NCBI RefSeq assembly: GCF_963921235.1
Contig: NC_086106.1
Coordinates: forward strand, 23,374,001 to 23,438,000
Reading direction: 5' to 3'
DNA from: Mobula hypostoma
Lineage: Eukaryota
Length of the DNA stretch: 64,000 nucleotides
Shown here: positions 1 to 12,330 of the stretch, piece after piece
Layout: every line of letters begins with the position of its first letter
Position numbering within the stretch: the stretch's first letter is position 1
Program-made: the position numbers and the translations under genes
The notes under the pieces: model-generated
What the model was told of the DNA's origin: nothing
Seen by the model: only the letters and a program-made list of their open reading frames with translations
Databases searched by the model: none

Positions 1-3000
1 AAAAAAACACGTCGACCAGAAGCTAGAACACTTGTGGATCTGTGCCTGCCTCGCTGATGTGAGAAGTTACCCATTGTTTAAGTTTTTATCGATATCCTGA
101 ATGTCGAATATAAAGTTACTATCCTCCAATGAAGTATACTCTGTACATCGCCTCTCACTTAACCTCGCCCTCCCGAGATCTGCCTCTGCACAATCTGTCC
201 CTAAATTATTCGCTGATGCCCTGTACTGTTTGCGTCAAGCACTGGTCCCTGTACATTGTGTGGTTGTGCGGCTTCTCAGTAACGACTTTACACCCGCACA
301 CATCACTTTGTTGCCAAAGAACTGACATTTTATTTCATATAACATCAACATAATTTTCAAGTTGTGCCAATTGAAATTAGAAATCTATGCTAAGGTAATT
401 TAGAAACATAACGGATTGATTGTGTAGTGAATATAAAGCATAACTTCTGGAAATAATTAAATTTTCAGATATTTTATAGATTCAGTATATTTAAATTGTC
501 AATGTTTCAAGTTAAAACACTGTTGCAAATTTTAAGAACAATCAAAGAGTGGAAATGGATAGCTGATTGATAATAAATCACCAGCCCGCTGAACACACAT
601 GCTGTCTAGTTAACTAAATTCGTTTTGTCATTGTGCCGGTCAGTGTTTGATCTCATTTACTTGTGTTATGATAAGTTGATTGTGTTTGTTCGATATGAAG
701 AATAGCCATATTCTGTCTGTTTTTGGGTATTTCTATTTTTAAAAAAATGAAATTACAATTGTATTTTTTCTTTAAAAAAACTTTCATCTCGTGATTATAT
801 TATTTTTCTCTTCTCAAATGATAACGTGTGAATTTTTTTTTCGTATTCAGGATGTCCATATAAAAAGAATGTCCAAATTAAACTTCAAATGAGTGAAAAG
901 CAAGAGAAAAGCTCGTTGCCTGAATAAAGTATTTGTCTCTGAAAATGTAAAATTGGAAAACAATTGCAATACTTTCACTATTTAAGTTATTCCTTCTGTG
1001 CATGCTGTATAACGAAAGTGGCTAAATGTGTAATTATACCACAGAGTTGGTGTGGTGAGAACTGTGATTTGGAATTTTCTGAGTACATCAGCACTGAGCT
1101 TCAGACACAAAAAGAAAAATGAAGAAGTTAGTGCAATCTACTTTCCATGCACAAATTGTAAATGACGTAAAAACAAATTTGTACGGAGAATATATACATT
1201 GGACTTTAAAATTTGACTGGAAATGAACAGAACAATGAATCACTGTTTGTGAGATCTTTGAAGCAATCCGCACTTGACATCATGAGAATAGTTAAAGCAG
1301 GAAAAAAAAAATAAATGCCAACAATTAACTTGATATTTTAGAAAGAAGTATTATATTTACGTAAGATAGAGCAAATGTAATGCTTGGACTGAAATTAAAA
1401 AAAAAATGATGGTGCTGCAGTCCTTTGCCAAGAAATAAAGCATCTGTCTGCTCAATATTAGGTTCTCCACAGATAAGGCAGTGCAGGGAGAAAAAAACAA
1501 CAACAACAACAACAACATCTATACAGTATATCGGAACATTGCAAAGAAAAGTACATGCAATGTTCAGTTCGTAGTCCGTAAAAGATAGAAAAGCTAGAAT
1601 ACTTAACTCATGCAACATTATGTAATGTGATCTTAGTTCGAATACGAAACAAAGTAATATGGCTGTCAGGACATTTTCTGGTTACTGCATTAATAAGGAA
1701 TTACGAAGTTCAAGGAGTGTTACAAAGCGCAGGTTAAACAATGTAACGATACATTTACCAGGTATTCTCTGAAGGCTCTGACCGATGCCCAATATCGAGT
1801 TCCTTCAAATCACCTTCACGATTTTTTACGAAACGAGGTTTTCAGTTTAAGATTGCACACGGATATTCTGGAAACGACAGGCTGAATTCTTGCCAATAAC
1901 GTTACATAGTACACAACGAGAAGGGTCATAAATTATAGATCCATTTAGTACAGAATGTAAGCTTGTGTTGCAGGCTAATTTTTCGCAGACTGAGCGGTGA
2001 GGTGATTCCAATCAAACGGATCTCTCAGCAGTTGGGTGCACAAACTTCCGTCTCGTGAAGATTTTTCTCCGTTTCCAGACCTCTGTATTACCGTCTGCTA
2101 ACCATCTGCAGCAAACGTCTTATAGTACTTAGCACTCACTACGTGAAGCAGGGCCCCGTCATCGTCCTTCGGAATACCCTCAGTGCATCTCCTTGTATCT
2201 AAGAGATATTAGGAATCTTTTCGTGTGGTCTGCTCTATCTATGCCAGTCATTTTATGTACCACAACGACGTCCCTTGTTATTCACCGCCGCTCATTGGGG
2301 AGCAAACCTAGGGTCACCAGACTCTCGTCATAACGAAGCTCCTTCATCCCATGCAAAGCAGTTGCATCTATTTTGTCCCTCCCTGTCGCTGTGTGCAATC
2401 ACTGGACGCAGACCTCAGAGGATGTCATATATATTTTATAAAAATCGATTACTATTTCGAATTCGATTTCCTTCCTTTTTTTGCTTTAATGGTCACAGGA
2501 GTTGAACTATGTGATTCGCAAACATAATGTTGTTAATAATGGAATTAAATCTCAAATATTTAGGAAGATTGACTCCCTAAACGAGCAATATAATTACCCT
2601 AGGCAGTTTGATTTAAACACCAATTGTATTATTTTCTGTTGCTGCAATGTCAATGAGTGAAGAGGATCTTCATCTTCGAAATAGTGTGTATTTGAGAGCA
2701 AGGGAATGCAGATCCGATGCTTAACTTCAAATTATCAACATGGGAATAGCTTTTTATACAGTTAAGAACTTTTATCTCGATGTTCGTCAATGTCTTTCGT
2801 CAAAGAAATTGAAAAATATTTTTCTCCGCACTTTATCTTGGTGTTACACTTCCTCCAGCTTTTAAAGTTTGCATAAGTGCCAGTCTTTATTATTTGCTTG
2901 GCAGCTCCGCTAATAAAGTGGGATTTTACTTTCAGTAGCATACATAATGGAGACTTTAGGATATTTAATAGAACGTTATATTTCATCCATATGTTTCAAT

Positions 3001-3663
3001 ATATGCGACCGCAGCGCGCGCTGCCACTTCGGTGGTGAGGTCTGTTATCTGTCAAGTAGGGGATCGTCCACAATTCTGATTTGTTGGAGACCGACGTGAG
3101 AGTACGGAGGAACATCTGAAAAGCTTCTGAAATGTCTGCTTTTTTGCTGCTGCTACTGTGTGGTAACGGTAATCTCCGGAAAAGAAGGCCCCGAGATCCT
3201 CGGCTTTGCTTGCTTTCGCGGCCTGGGCGAGGTCGACGGCGTTTGGCAGAGGATGGCGCTCGGAACGCTGTATCGGAGAGGCTGGTCGGAAGCAAGAACT
3301 TTTCGGACGGATAGACTCAGTGCCGGCTGTGGTCGGTTGACTCCAAGGCATCGGCAAGTTGACGGTGCCTGGAGTTTTATGGCAAGGAGTTTCTCCCTTT
3401 GGCTGCCTGCTATCGGGGACTCGGGATTGATCGACTCGGGGACTTCTCAGACTTTATTTACCGTGCCCATTGTTTGTTCTTCATCAAATCATGGTATTGC
3501 TTTGCATTGGTGTAACTTATGTTATACTTAAGTGGTTCTGTCACTGTTATCTTTGGTTTGTCCTGATTTCTGTGATATCACTCCGGGAAAACATTGTATC
3601 ATTTCTTAATGCATGTATGCATTTCTAAATGACAGAAAAGAGGACTGAGTGTTCTCATAATCT
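3001..3663 (+). mobile_element. Unclassified ~660-bp interspersed repeat (Rep-A), copy in unit 1
   Basis: GC-rich 5' end (gcgcgctgccacttcggtggtg) and 3' end gttctcataatct. Copies at 13609-14274 and 19748-20413, plus a diverged inverted copy outside the duplications at ~62552-63200. Confidence 0.6.
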
Positions 3664-3991
3664 CAGATACCTGCCAGTCATGCCGACCCACGGGAATATG
3701 CTAACATTTCAAAGTGTTCCAATTTCTAGTTTCCATTCTTTTTTTCAGCAAAAATGAAATGTCGTCCTGACTTCTAACGGGACATCCACGACATCCTCTT
3801 TGACATCAAAGAGCTTTAGTTCGGGGAATTTCATAATAGTCTGCAGCCACTTCTCGACAAAGTCCTTTAAAATACGATTCTTCTGTGATTTGCTTCAAAA
3901 ATGGGTGACGAATTTTATGTCTGTTGTCTGGACTTCTTTGAGAGCTGATCGAATAATCCTGGTTGCCATTGGAAATCTGCTTAAGTAATAA

Positions 3992-4240
3992 GGATTCAAA
4001 CCGACGTTTGGAGCTTCTATAATCACTGAAGTAGCTAAACCAGGTGCAAGGCCTGGTGTCACAACATCTGCATCTGCCCAAACGGAAAGCAGTTGTTGCT
4101 TCCAGTCAAATTCCTTTTTGGCTAAACACGTTCATAAAACGTCGACGTGTTTTGCCATTTTCTGGAATGGATGCAGAAAATAGGAATTGATAACGAGCAG
4201 CATCATCCTGTGTACAAAGATTAAAACAGAAAACTGAAAG
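3992..4240. repeat. ~250-bp direct repeat upstream of V1
   Basis: Near-identical to 5946-6195, 14599-14848, 20740-20989 and 22695-22945 (gattcaaaccgacgtttggag...caaagattaaaacaga). Confidence 0.9.
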
Positions 4241-4913
4241 GGGTCACCGGTTGCTGAGCTCTACTCAGGTCTACCACCAGCTCCTTAGTCGTTTTTTCAT
4301 ATTAAACTGCAGATAATTCTGCTCACACCATGTGACAACGTTTCCTACCCTAGCCCTGTACTCGGCCTCATTACCATCTCCGCGGAAGGTACACATCGAG
4401 AGAATATAGCTGGATTTAACAATACTACATGTGTGTTTCCTGTCAACGATACTGCGTTTTCCAGGAAGCTATGTGGACATGTTTGTCCCATAGAGCAATT
4501 CTGTACTGCATTTCGGTATAAATTTATGAGAATCGGTAAAATCTGTGTCAAGGAAAACAGAGTCAACTTTAAGACGATAACCCGGACTCATTTTTAACAG
4601 ATGCCACTTAACCTGGAAACATTTTCCGTGACATTGCTTCTCTTATTACAGACAGAAATGTCGTGGAATGTCCATAAAATAGGAAAAGAAGATAAAACAA
4701 TGTTATCTCATAGACCAATTACCGGTCAACGTGCAGCCAAAAAAACCAAGCACTTTGTTTGTCTCTCTGTCTGTCTGTCTGTCTCTCTTTCTCTAAGAAC
4801 CAATCATGAGTATCTGATGGAAGGTATACTAAGATCGCATTAGAGTTAACCAGTCAGAACAGCAACATCAACGCATTCCACCGTTGCTTGTCGTAATCGA
4901 CACAGCAGACAAC

Positions 4914-5353
4914 ATGTGGGCAATCCGATTTTGGCACTAATGCTGATGCCAGCACTACCCGGTATGTTCAGTTTATAATATTAGTACGGTTGCTCTAGGA
5001 TGTCTTTAAATTGGGAAATGCTCATAGGTTTCTTATGTTCTTCCAGGCGCGAGTGGTGAATATTTGGTAATCCAGGATCCGGCAGTAATTGCGGTTCAGG
5101 AAGGTGAAAACGTGCTGCTGAACTGCAGCTACCCTGCAACAGCTGCCAACACGCTGTACTGGTACATGCAATATTCTGGACAATCTCTAAGATATTTATT
5201 GAAGAGATACGCAACAGGGAATGGTGGAGGGAGTTCCCCTGATTGCCCAGACAGGTTTTCGTCTGCAATAGACAAAGGAAGTGCGACGGTTCCTTTCAGA
5301 ATATCTGCTGCTCGTATCTCTGACTCTGCCGTATTTTTCTGTGCCATGATGCC
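4914..5353 (+). pseudogene. TCR alpha/delta-type V segment V1; leader exon frameshifted, V exon open
   Basis: Leader exon 4914-4961 is 48 nt versus 49 nt in V2/V3: TTTTGGCAC instead of TTTTGGGCAC gives TAA at 4938-4940. GT donor 4962, 85-nt intron, AG 5045-5046. V exon 5047-5353 is open: VIQDPAVIAVQEGENVLLNC..LYWYMQYSGQSLRYLL..DRFSS..DSAVFFCAMM, with Cys23/Trp41/Cys104 equivalents. Followed by an RSS. Confidence 0.88.
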
Positions 5354-5392
5354 CACATTACTGCCAAGCTATAGAACGCCACTACAAAAACC
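5354..5392 (+). other. 23-spacer recombination signal sequence of V1
   Basis: CACATTA (5354-5360), 23-nt spacer, consensus nonamer ACAAAAACC (5384-5392). Confidence 0.93.
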
Positions 5393-5945
5393 GTTTGTAA
5401 AATTAACAATTTGCAGACTTCAGGGGACAGCATACAGATAATGTTGGCTCCGCGGCACTTTTTGCAGGATGATACAGACTGAAACAATCACCTCAGTGGA
5501 AATTCATCGTGTGTTTACGTTAAGGCATTGCAGCATCTCGAGCTGCTTATCTGATTGTGGAGAATTCCTGGACAAAATTTTAATTCATTAAACTTCGTTT
5601 GACTTGAGTGATGAATTTATAGCGATAACAAACACTACAGTGGGTATTTACATTTTGTCTTCTACTTTTTATGCACATGCTACTTTCACAATTCGAATAA
5701 CAAGCTAACAGAATTGTCACAATATTTAGCCATAGCTCGCAGTTCCTCTGAGAGGCGAAGTTTCCATTGTCTTGGGAGCTCATTTCGGATATATTGACAT
5801 TTCTCTCAGTCACTGTTTCATCTCTTGTCTGATGCGTAGGTTTGCCTCCATGCTTTTTTTTTGTTCTTATGAATGGTTCACAAAAAGTCGATTATTTTAG
5901 CGACCGGGGCGAGGTGGAAGGCACTTGGCAAAGGATGGCCAAATA

Positions 5946-6195
5946 AAGATTCAAACCGACGTTTGGAGTTTCCATGCTCACTGAAGTAGCTAAACCAGAT
6001 GCAAAGCCAGGTGTCACAACAGCTGCATCTGTCCAAAGGGCACGCAGTTATTACTTCGAGTCAAATTCCTTTTTGGCTAAACACGTTCATAAAACGTCGA
6101 CGTGTTTTACCATTTTCTGGAATGGATGCAGAAAATAGGAATTGATCTGGAGCAGCATCATCCTGCGTACAAAGATTAAAACAGATATTTGAAAG
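5946..6195. repeat. ~250-bp direct repeat downstream of V1
   Basis: Copy of 3992-4240. Equivalent pair around V3 at 20740-20989 and 22695-22945. Confidence 0.9.
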
Positions 6196-6394
6196 CACTG
6201 CAATGCCTGCAGGTACATGGTGATTGGGTATTGCGAGGCTGCCAATGTCTCAATGTCGTGCTGTAAAACCAGAAAAGAGATGTCAAATATTCAAAAAGTA
6301 TCATATTATTTGACGAAGGGACAGTTTAGAGTTTTCCTTTGCCCTCAATTGTAGTCCACTTAGAGTTCAGCCACTTGGAGTACACATGGATATA

Positions 6395-7406
6395 CTTTAC
6401 CAGTTGTTTACAATATATATTAATGACTTGGATGAGGGAATTAAATGCAGCATCTCCATGTTTGCCGATGACACGAAGCTGGGTGGCAGTGTTAGGTGTG
6501 ACGAGGATGCCAAGAGGAAGCAGAGTGACTTGGATAGGTTGGGTGCGTGGGCAAATTCGTGGCAGATGCAATTTAATGTGGATAAATGTGAAGTTATCCA
6601 CTTTGGTGGGTGGCAAAAATAGGAAAACAGATTATTACCTGAGTGGTGGCCGATTAGGAAAAGGGGAGGTGCAACGAGACCTGGGTGTCATTATACACCA
6701 GTCATTGAAAGTGGGCATGCAGGTACAACAGGCGATGAAAAAGGCGAAAGGTATGCTGGCATTTATAGCGAGAGGATTCGAGTACAGGAGCAGGGAGGTA
6801 CTACTGCAGTTGTACAAGGCCTTGGTGAGACCAGACCTGGAGAATTGGGTGCAGTTTTGGTCCCCTAATCTGAGGAAAGACATCCTTGCCATAGAGGGAG
6901 TACAAAGAAGGTTCACCAGATTGATTCCTGGGATGGCAGGGCTTTCATATGAAGAAAGAGGGGATGAACTGGGCTTGTACTCGTTGGAATTTAGAAGGTT
7001 GAGGGGGGATCTGATTGAAACGCATACAATCCTAAAGCGAGTGGACAGGCTAGATGCAGGAAGATTGTTCCCGATGTTGGGGAAGTCCAGAACGAGGGGT
7101 CACAGTTTGAGGATAAAGGGGATGCCTTTTACGACCGAGATTAGGAAAAATTTCTTCACGCAGAGAGTGGTGAATCTGTAGAATTCTCTGCCACAGGAAA
7201 CAGTTGAGGCCAGTTCATTGGCTATATTTAAGAGGGAGTTATATATGGCCCTTGCGGCTACGCGGATCAGGAGGTATGGAGGGAAGGCTGCGGCAGGATT
7301 CTGAGTTGGATGATCATCCATGATCATAATAAATGGCGGTGCAGGATCGAAGGGCCGAATGGCCTTCTGCTGCACCTATTTTCTATGTTTCTATGTTTCT
7401 ATGTTT
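6395..7406 (+). mobile_element. 5'-truncated CR1-clade LINE (RT C-terminal part)
   Basis: YINDLD..ISMFADDTKLGG, YCVQFWSP-like and TRGHSL motifs; 3' (TTCTATGT)n tail. Confidence 0.92.
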
Positions 7407-8094
7407 AATCTCTTCCATGGTGTGAAGCTTATTTTGTTTGGCATTCTGACATACAGGTCTCTGTGATTGTTTCATGAAAGGGTTTTCGTTTAATGGTAAA
7501 TTTAATCATTCAAAGTCACATGTTTTTTCCAATTTGACTTTATACGAAGAGAAAAATGAAGGCAGATCAGACGCATTTTTGTGTGGACTACCATGAGGTG
7601 CGCCTTAGCGTCTGCTATCACGTCACCAACATTGATGAAATATGTGATTATTAATAACGAGTTTTCGACATAACTCTTTTCCTTTGACATTTCAATTTCA
7701 AATATTCTGTTCAATTATTATTTTTTTTTGCAGCTCAATATCATTGCATTTCACAAGTAATTTCTTTAGTAAATCATCAAACGGAAAAATCTGTATGCTA
7801 ACTAAATGACGTTTAAGATACTTTCCAAAAGTTGCCCAGCAAGAAAGTAAAATATGGCAGGTTTTGCAATTTATCCAAATTTTAACGCTTTTCCTGGCTT
7901 TTCGATACTCAGATAGAGAAAAGAGGTAGAACAGTATCTTATGCATTGTATTCTTCTTGGAATTCTGCCAATTCTTGCGCATGGCGTCGCATGGTACAAT
8001 GAAATTCCGCGCAGATTGGAGGAAAAACAACTTATATTTCTCCTGGGTAATTTGCAAGCTAATGGAATGATCATATGCTTCTTGAACATACGTT

Positions 8095-8345
8095 TATTCT
8101 CCGCCCTCCCCCGGTTCAACATTCTCCATCCCCTTTTCCACCTCTCACATTATTTCCTTGCACGCTCTATTCTCCAACTGGTGCTCCTCCACCCTTTTCT
8201 TTCATCCATGGCCCTCTGTACTTTTATATAAGACTCCCCCATCTCCAGCCCTGAATTTCGTTCACAAAAAAAAAATGTCCAGCCCTTTACCTGATCCCCC
8301 CCACTTCAGATTTAAGCTATCACATTTTATTTTTCTCTCCCCTCC
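8095..8345 (+). mobile_element. Short Penelope-like 3' fragment
   Basis: Pyrimidine-rich sequence resembling the Penelope 3' region. Partial copy at ~24845-24910. Confidence 0.4.
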
Positions 8346-8366
8346 CCCTATCTTTAAAATCTAATT

Positions 8367-10364
8367 GCAACACACATCAACGTTGCTGGTGAACGCAGCA
8401 GGCTAGACAGATTGTGTTGGAAGAGGTACAGTCGACGTTTTAGGCCGGGACCCTTCGTCAGGACTAAATGGAGAAGAGTTAGTAAGAGATATGAAAGTGG
8501 GAGGTGGAGGGGAGGATGGAAAATGATAGGAGGAGACACCTGGGGGAGGAATAGAGCCAAGATCTGGATAGGTGATAGGCAAAGGGGATATCAGAGGATC
8601 ATGGGACAGGAGGCCTAGGGAGAAAGACAAGGTCGGGGGGCCAGAGAATTGGTAAATGGTATAGTCAGAAGGACAGAGGGAGAGTGAGAGAAAGAATGTG
8701 TATGTAAAAGTAAATAACGGATGTGGTGCGAGGAGGAGGTGGGGCATTAGCGGAAGTTAGAGAAGTCACTGTTCATGGCATCAAGTTGGACGCTACCCAG
8801 ACGGAATTTAAGATGTTGTTCCTCCAACTTGAGTGTGGCTTCATTTTTACAGTAGAGGAGGCCGTGGATAGACATGTCAGGATTGGAATGGGATGTGGAA
8901 TTAATATGTGTGGCCAGTGGGAGATCCTGCTTTCTCTGGCGGACAGAGCGTAGGTGTTCAGCAAAGCGGTCTCCCAGTCTGAGTCGCGTCTCACCAATGT
9001 ACAGAAGGGCACATCGGGAGTACCAGATGCAGTCAATCACCCCAGCCGACTCACAGGTGAAGTGTCGCCTCAGCTGGAAGGGCTGTCTGGGGCACTGAAT
9101 GGTGGTAAGGCAGGAAGTGTAAGGGCATATACAGCACTTGTTCCACTTGCAAGGATAAGTGCCAGGAGGGAGATCAGTGGGGAAGAGTGGGGGTGGGGAC
9201 GAATGGACAAGGGAGTCGCGTAGGGAGAGATATCTGCGCAAAACAGAGAGGGGGACGGGGGTTGGCGAGGGAAAGATGTGTGTAGTGGTGAGATCCCGTT
9301 TGAGGTGGCGGAAGTTACGGAGAATAATATGTTGGAACCGGTGGCTGGTTGGGTGGTAGGTGAGAAGCAGGAGCACCCTATTCCCAGTGGTGTGGCGGGA
9401 GGATGGAGTGAGAGCAGATGTGCGTGAAATGGGGTAGATCCGTTTGAGAGCAGAGTTGATGGTGGAGGAAGGGAAGCCCCTTTCTTTAAAAAATAACGAC
9501 ATCTCCCTCGTCCTGGAATGAAAAGCCTCATCCTGAGAGCAGATGCGGCGGAGACGGAGGAATTGCGAGAAGGGGATGGCATTTTTGCAAGAGAAACAGT
9601 GAGAAAAGGAATAGTCCAGAAAGCAGTGAGAGACAGTCGGCTTACAGTAGAATTCAGTGGATTAGCTATCTCCAGAGATAGAGACAGAAAGATCTAGAAA
9701 CGGGAGAGAGGTGTCGGAAATGGACCATGTAAACTAGGGGCAGAGTGAAAGTTGGATGCAAAGTTTATAAAGTCAACGAGCTCAGTACGCATGCATGAAG
9801 CAGCGCCAAAGCAGTTGTCAATGTGGCGAAGGAAAAGTGGGGGGCAGATACCAGAATAGGTACGGAACACAGATTGTTCCTCAAAGCCGACAAAAAGGCA
9901 GGCATAGCTAGGACCCATACGGGTGCCCATAGCTACAACTTTAGTTTGGACGAAGTGGGAGGAGCCAAAGGAGAAATTATTAGGAGTAAGGACTAATTCC
10001 GCTAGACGGAGCAGAGTGGTGGTGGAGGGAAACTGACTAGATCTGGAATCCCAAAAGAAGCGGAGAGCTTTGAGACCTTCCTGATGGGGGATGGAAGTAT
10101 ATAGGGACTGGACATCCATGGTGAAAATAAAGCAGTGGGAGCCAGGGAACTTAAAATCATCGAAAAGTTTAAGAGTGTGAGAAGTGTCACGAGCATAGGT
10201 AGGGAGGGATGGAACAAGGGGGGATAAAATCTTGTCGAGGTATGCAGAAACGAGTTCGGAGGGGCAGGAGGAAGCTGATACAAGAGGTCTGCCAGGACAG
10301 GCAGGTTTGTGGATCGTGGGTCGGAGGTATAAACGGGAAGTGCGAGGTGTGGGAGCTATAAGGT
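8367..10364 (-). mobile_element. Penelope-like element (RT + GIY-YIG), truncated at the duplication junction
   Basis: Minus ORFs with MDVQSLYTSIPH and AMGTRMGPSYACLFVG (RT), and YSRCALLYIGET..GDRFAEH (GIY-YIG). Confidence 0.9.
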
Positions 10365-11466
10365 CACTTAACTTAGCCCTCCCGAGATTTGCCTCTGCAC
10401 AATCTGTCACTAAATTATTTGGTGGTGCCCTCTACTGTTGTGTACAAAGCACTGGTGCCTGTACACTGTCTGGTTGAACGGCTTCTCGGTAACTAGTTTA
10501 CACCCGCGCACATAACTTTGTTACAAACAACTGACATTTTATTTCATATAACATCAACATAATTTTCAGGTTGTGCCAATTGAAATTAGGAATCTATGCT
10601 AATATAATTTAGAAACATTTTGGATTGATTGTGTAATGAATAAAAAACATAAATACTGGAAATAATTAAACTTTCAGACATTTTGTAGATATAGCATTTT
10701 TAAATTATCAGTGTTTCAAGTTAAAACCCCGGTGTTGCAAATTGTAAGAACACTCACGGAGTGGAAATGGACAGCTGATTGATAATAAATCGCCAGCCCG
10801 CTGAACACACTTGCTGTCGCTTGCTGACTAGTTAAATATATTCGTTTTGTCATTGTGTCTAACAGTGTTTGATATCATTTAGTTGTGTTATGATATGTTG
10901 TCTATGTTTGTTCGATATGAAAAGTATCCATATTCTGACTGTCCTGGATATTTCTATTCTTTAAAAAAAAATCAAATTTGGACAGAGAACTTTAACATTG
11001 GACTTTAAAATTCTCCTGGAAATGAACAGAACAATGAATCACTGTTTTTGCGATCTTTGAAGCAATCTGCACTTGACAGCATGACAATAGTTGATGCAGG
11101 AAACAATAAATCACAACAAAATAAATTGATATTTAAAAAAAAATGATTATATTTACGTAAGATAGAGCAAATGTAATGCTTGGACTGAAAAATTGATGGA
11201 GTTGCAGACCTTTGCCAAGAAATAAAGCATCTGTCTGCTCAATATTAGGTCGTCCGCAGATATGGCAATGCATAGAAAAAACAAACAAACAAACAACACC
11301 ATCTATGCAGTACATCGGAACATTGCAAAGAAAATTACATGCAATGTTCAGTTGGTAGTCGGTAAAAGATATAAATCTAGAATACTTAACTCATGCAACA
11401 TTATATAATGTGATCTTACTTCCAACACGTAGTTGAACCAGTGTTCCAAAATGCAGGTTAAGCAAT

Positions 11467-12330
11467 TATGACGAGAATACACATAAAATTAAGATGTTTG
11501 CTGCCCTGGGTTAGCATCAGTGACATCAGCAAGTGGTCTGTCACCTGCCCTCAGGGGAAGGAGAGATAAGGAACAATGGAGCAGCGTCTGGAGATGTGTA
11601 ATGAAGGGACGTGGGAGAGAGAGAGCTGTCTGGAGCGGCTCCCCGTTTGAACCCTGAACTGTTTGAAGTGATGGACAGGCGATACCCCAGCAGGGGGATA
11701 AAAAGAGACAGGTTCGCTAAGACAGGACACACACGCCACTCGAGGTAACGAGACCTTGGAAGTGGTGCCCCTCTCACGAGTGGGTGAGAAGTACCAGCCA
11801 ACGGCCAGGGTGGAAAGGTACGATCAGTGGGAACCCGGTGTGTGTCCGCCCTTGCCTGGGTGCCGGGTTCACTGCAGAGGATCGACCGCATCTGGAGGAG
11901 GGGTCACAGTCGGTGACCTCAGGTGACATCACCAAGGACCCGCCCAAAATGTTGCTTGTGAGCCATCTCGCCGGTCTGTGAGTGAAGCCGTTCTGAATGG
12001 TCAGTTGTTCCTGTTCTATCTCTCTCTTCCCCCACGTTGTCCATCGCCATGGCAACGATTACTGCGAACTGAACTACTAACTGGACTGAACTTTGAGTCA
12101 CTTTGAAATTTGGTCATTTACCCCTAGAAAAGCGATAGAGCTTGATTGATGCTGTTATCTTAATTCTGTGCACATGTGTGTTTATCATCGCTGAACTGTT
12201 GCATTTATTATCCTTTCGATTACTGTGTTGCTTGTTTCTTTAATAAAACTTTCTTAGTTCCAGTACTCCAGACTCCAACTGTGTGATCCATTTCTGCTGG
12301 TTTGGCAACCCAGTTACGTGGTACGTAACA
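11467..12330 (+). mobile_element. Solo LTR (864 bp) with 4-bp TSD CAAT
   Basis: CAAT at 11463-11466 and 12331-12334. Empty site with a single CAAT at 1739-1742 in unit 1. Ends TATGACG...CGTAACA (decayed TG..CA inverted ends). GATAAAAA TATA-like motif ~11697 and AATAAA ~12242. Confidence 0.9.

Larger units (their letters stand above)
155..10364 (+). repeat. Segmental duplication unit 1 (contains V1)
   Basis: Sequence from 155 (tcacttaacc..ccctcccgagat) recurs at 10364. 1900-10364 recurs at 18625-26723 with the same CR1 and Penelope insertions. Confidence 0.92.

Noticed and set aside
5047-5353. V1-V3 as NAR-TCR supporting V-delta or IgH-like (TAILV) segments
   Set aside because: They have their own leader exons, the extra Cys is not in CDR1, there is no WVRQ..GLEW motif, and no upstream NAR V-D-J is seen.
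6339-7181. Longest ORFs (280 aa here; also 8747-9502, 9694-10410, 25438-26121) as host genes
   Set aside because: They are frameshifted CR1 or Penelope ORF fragments.
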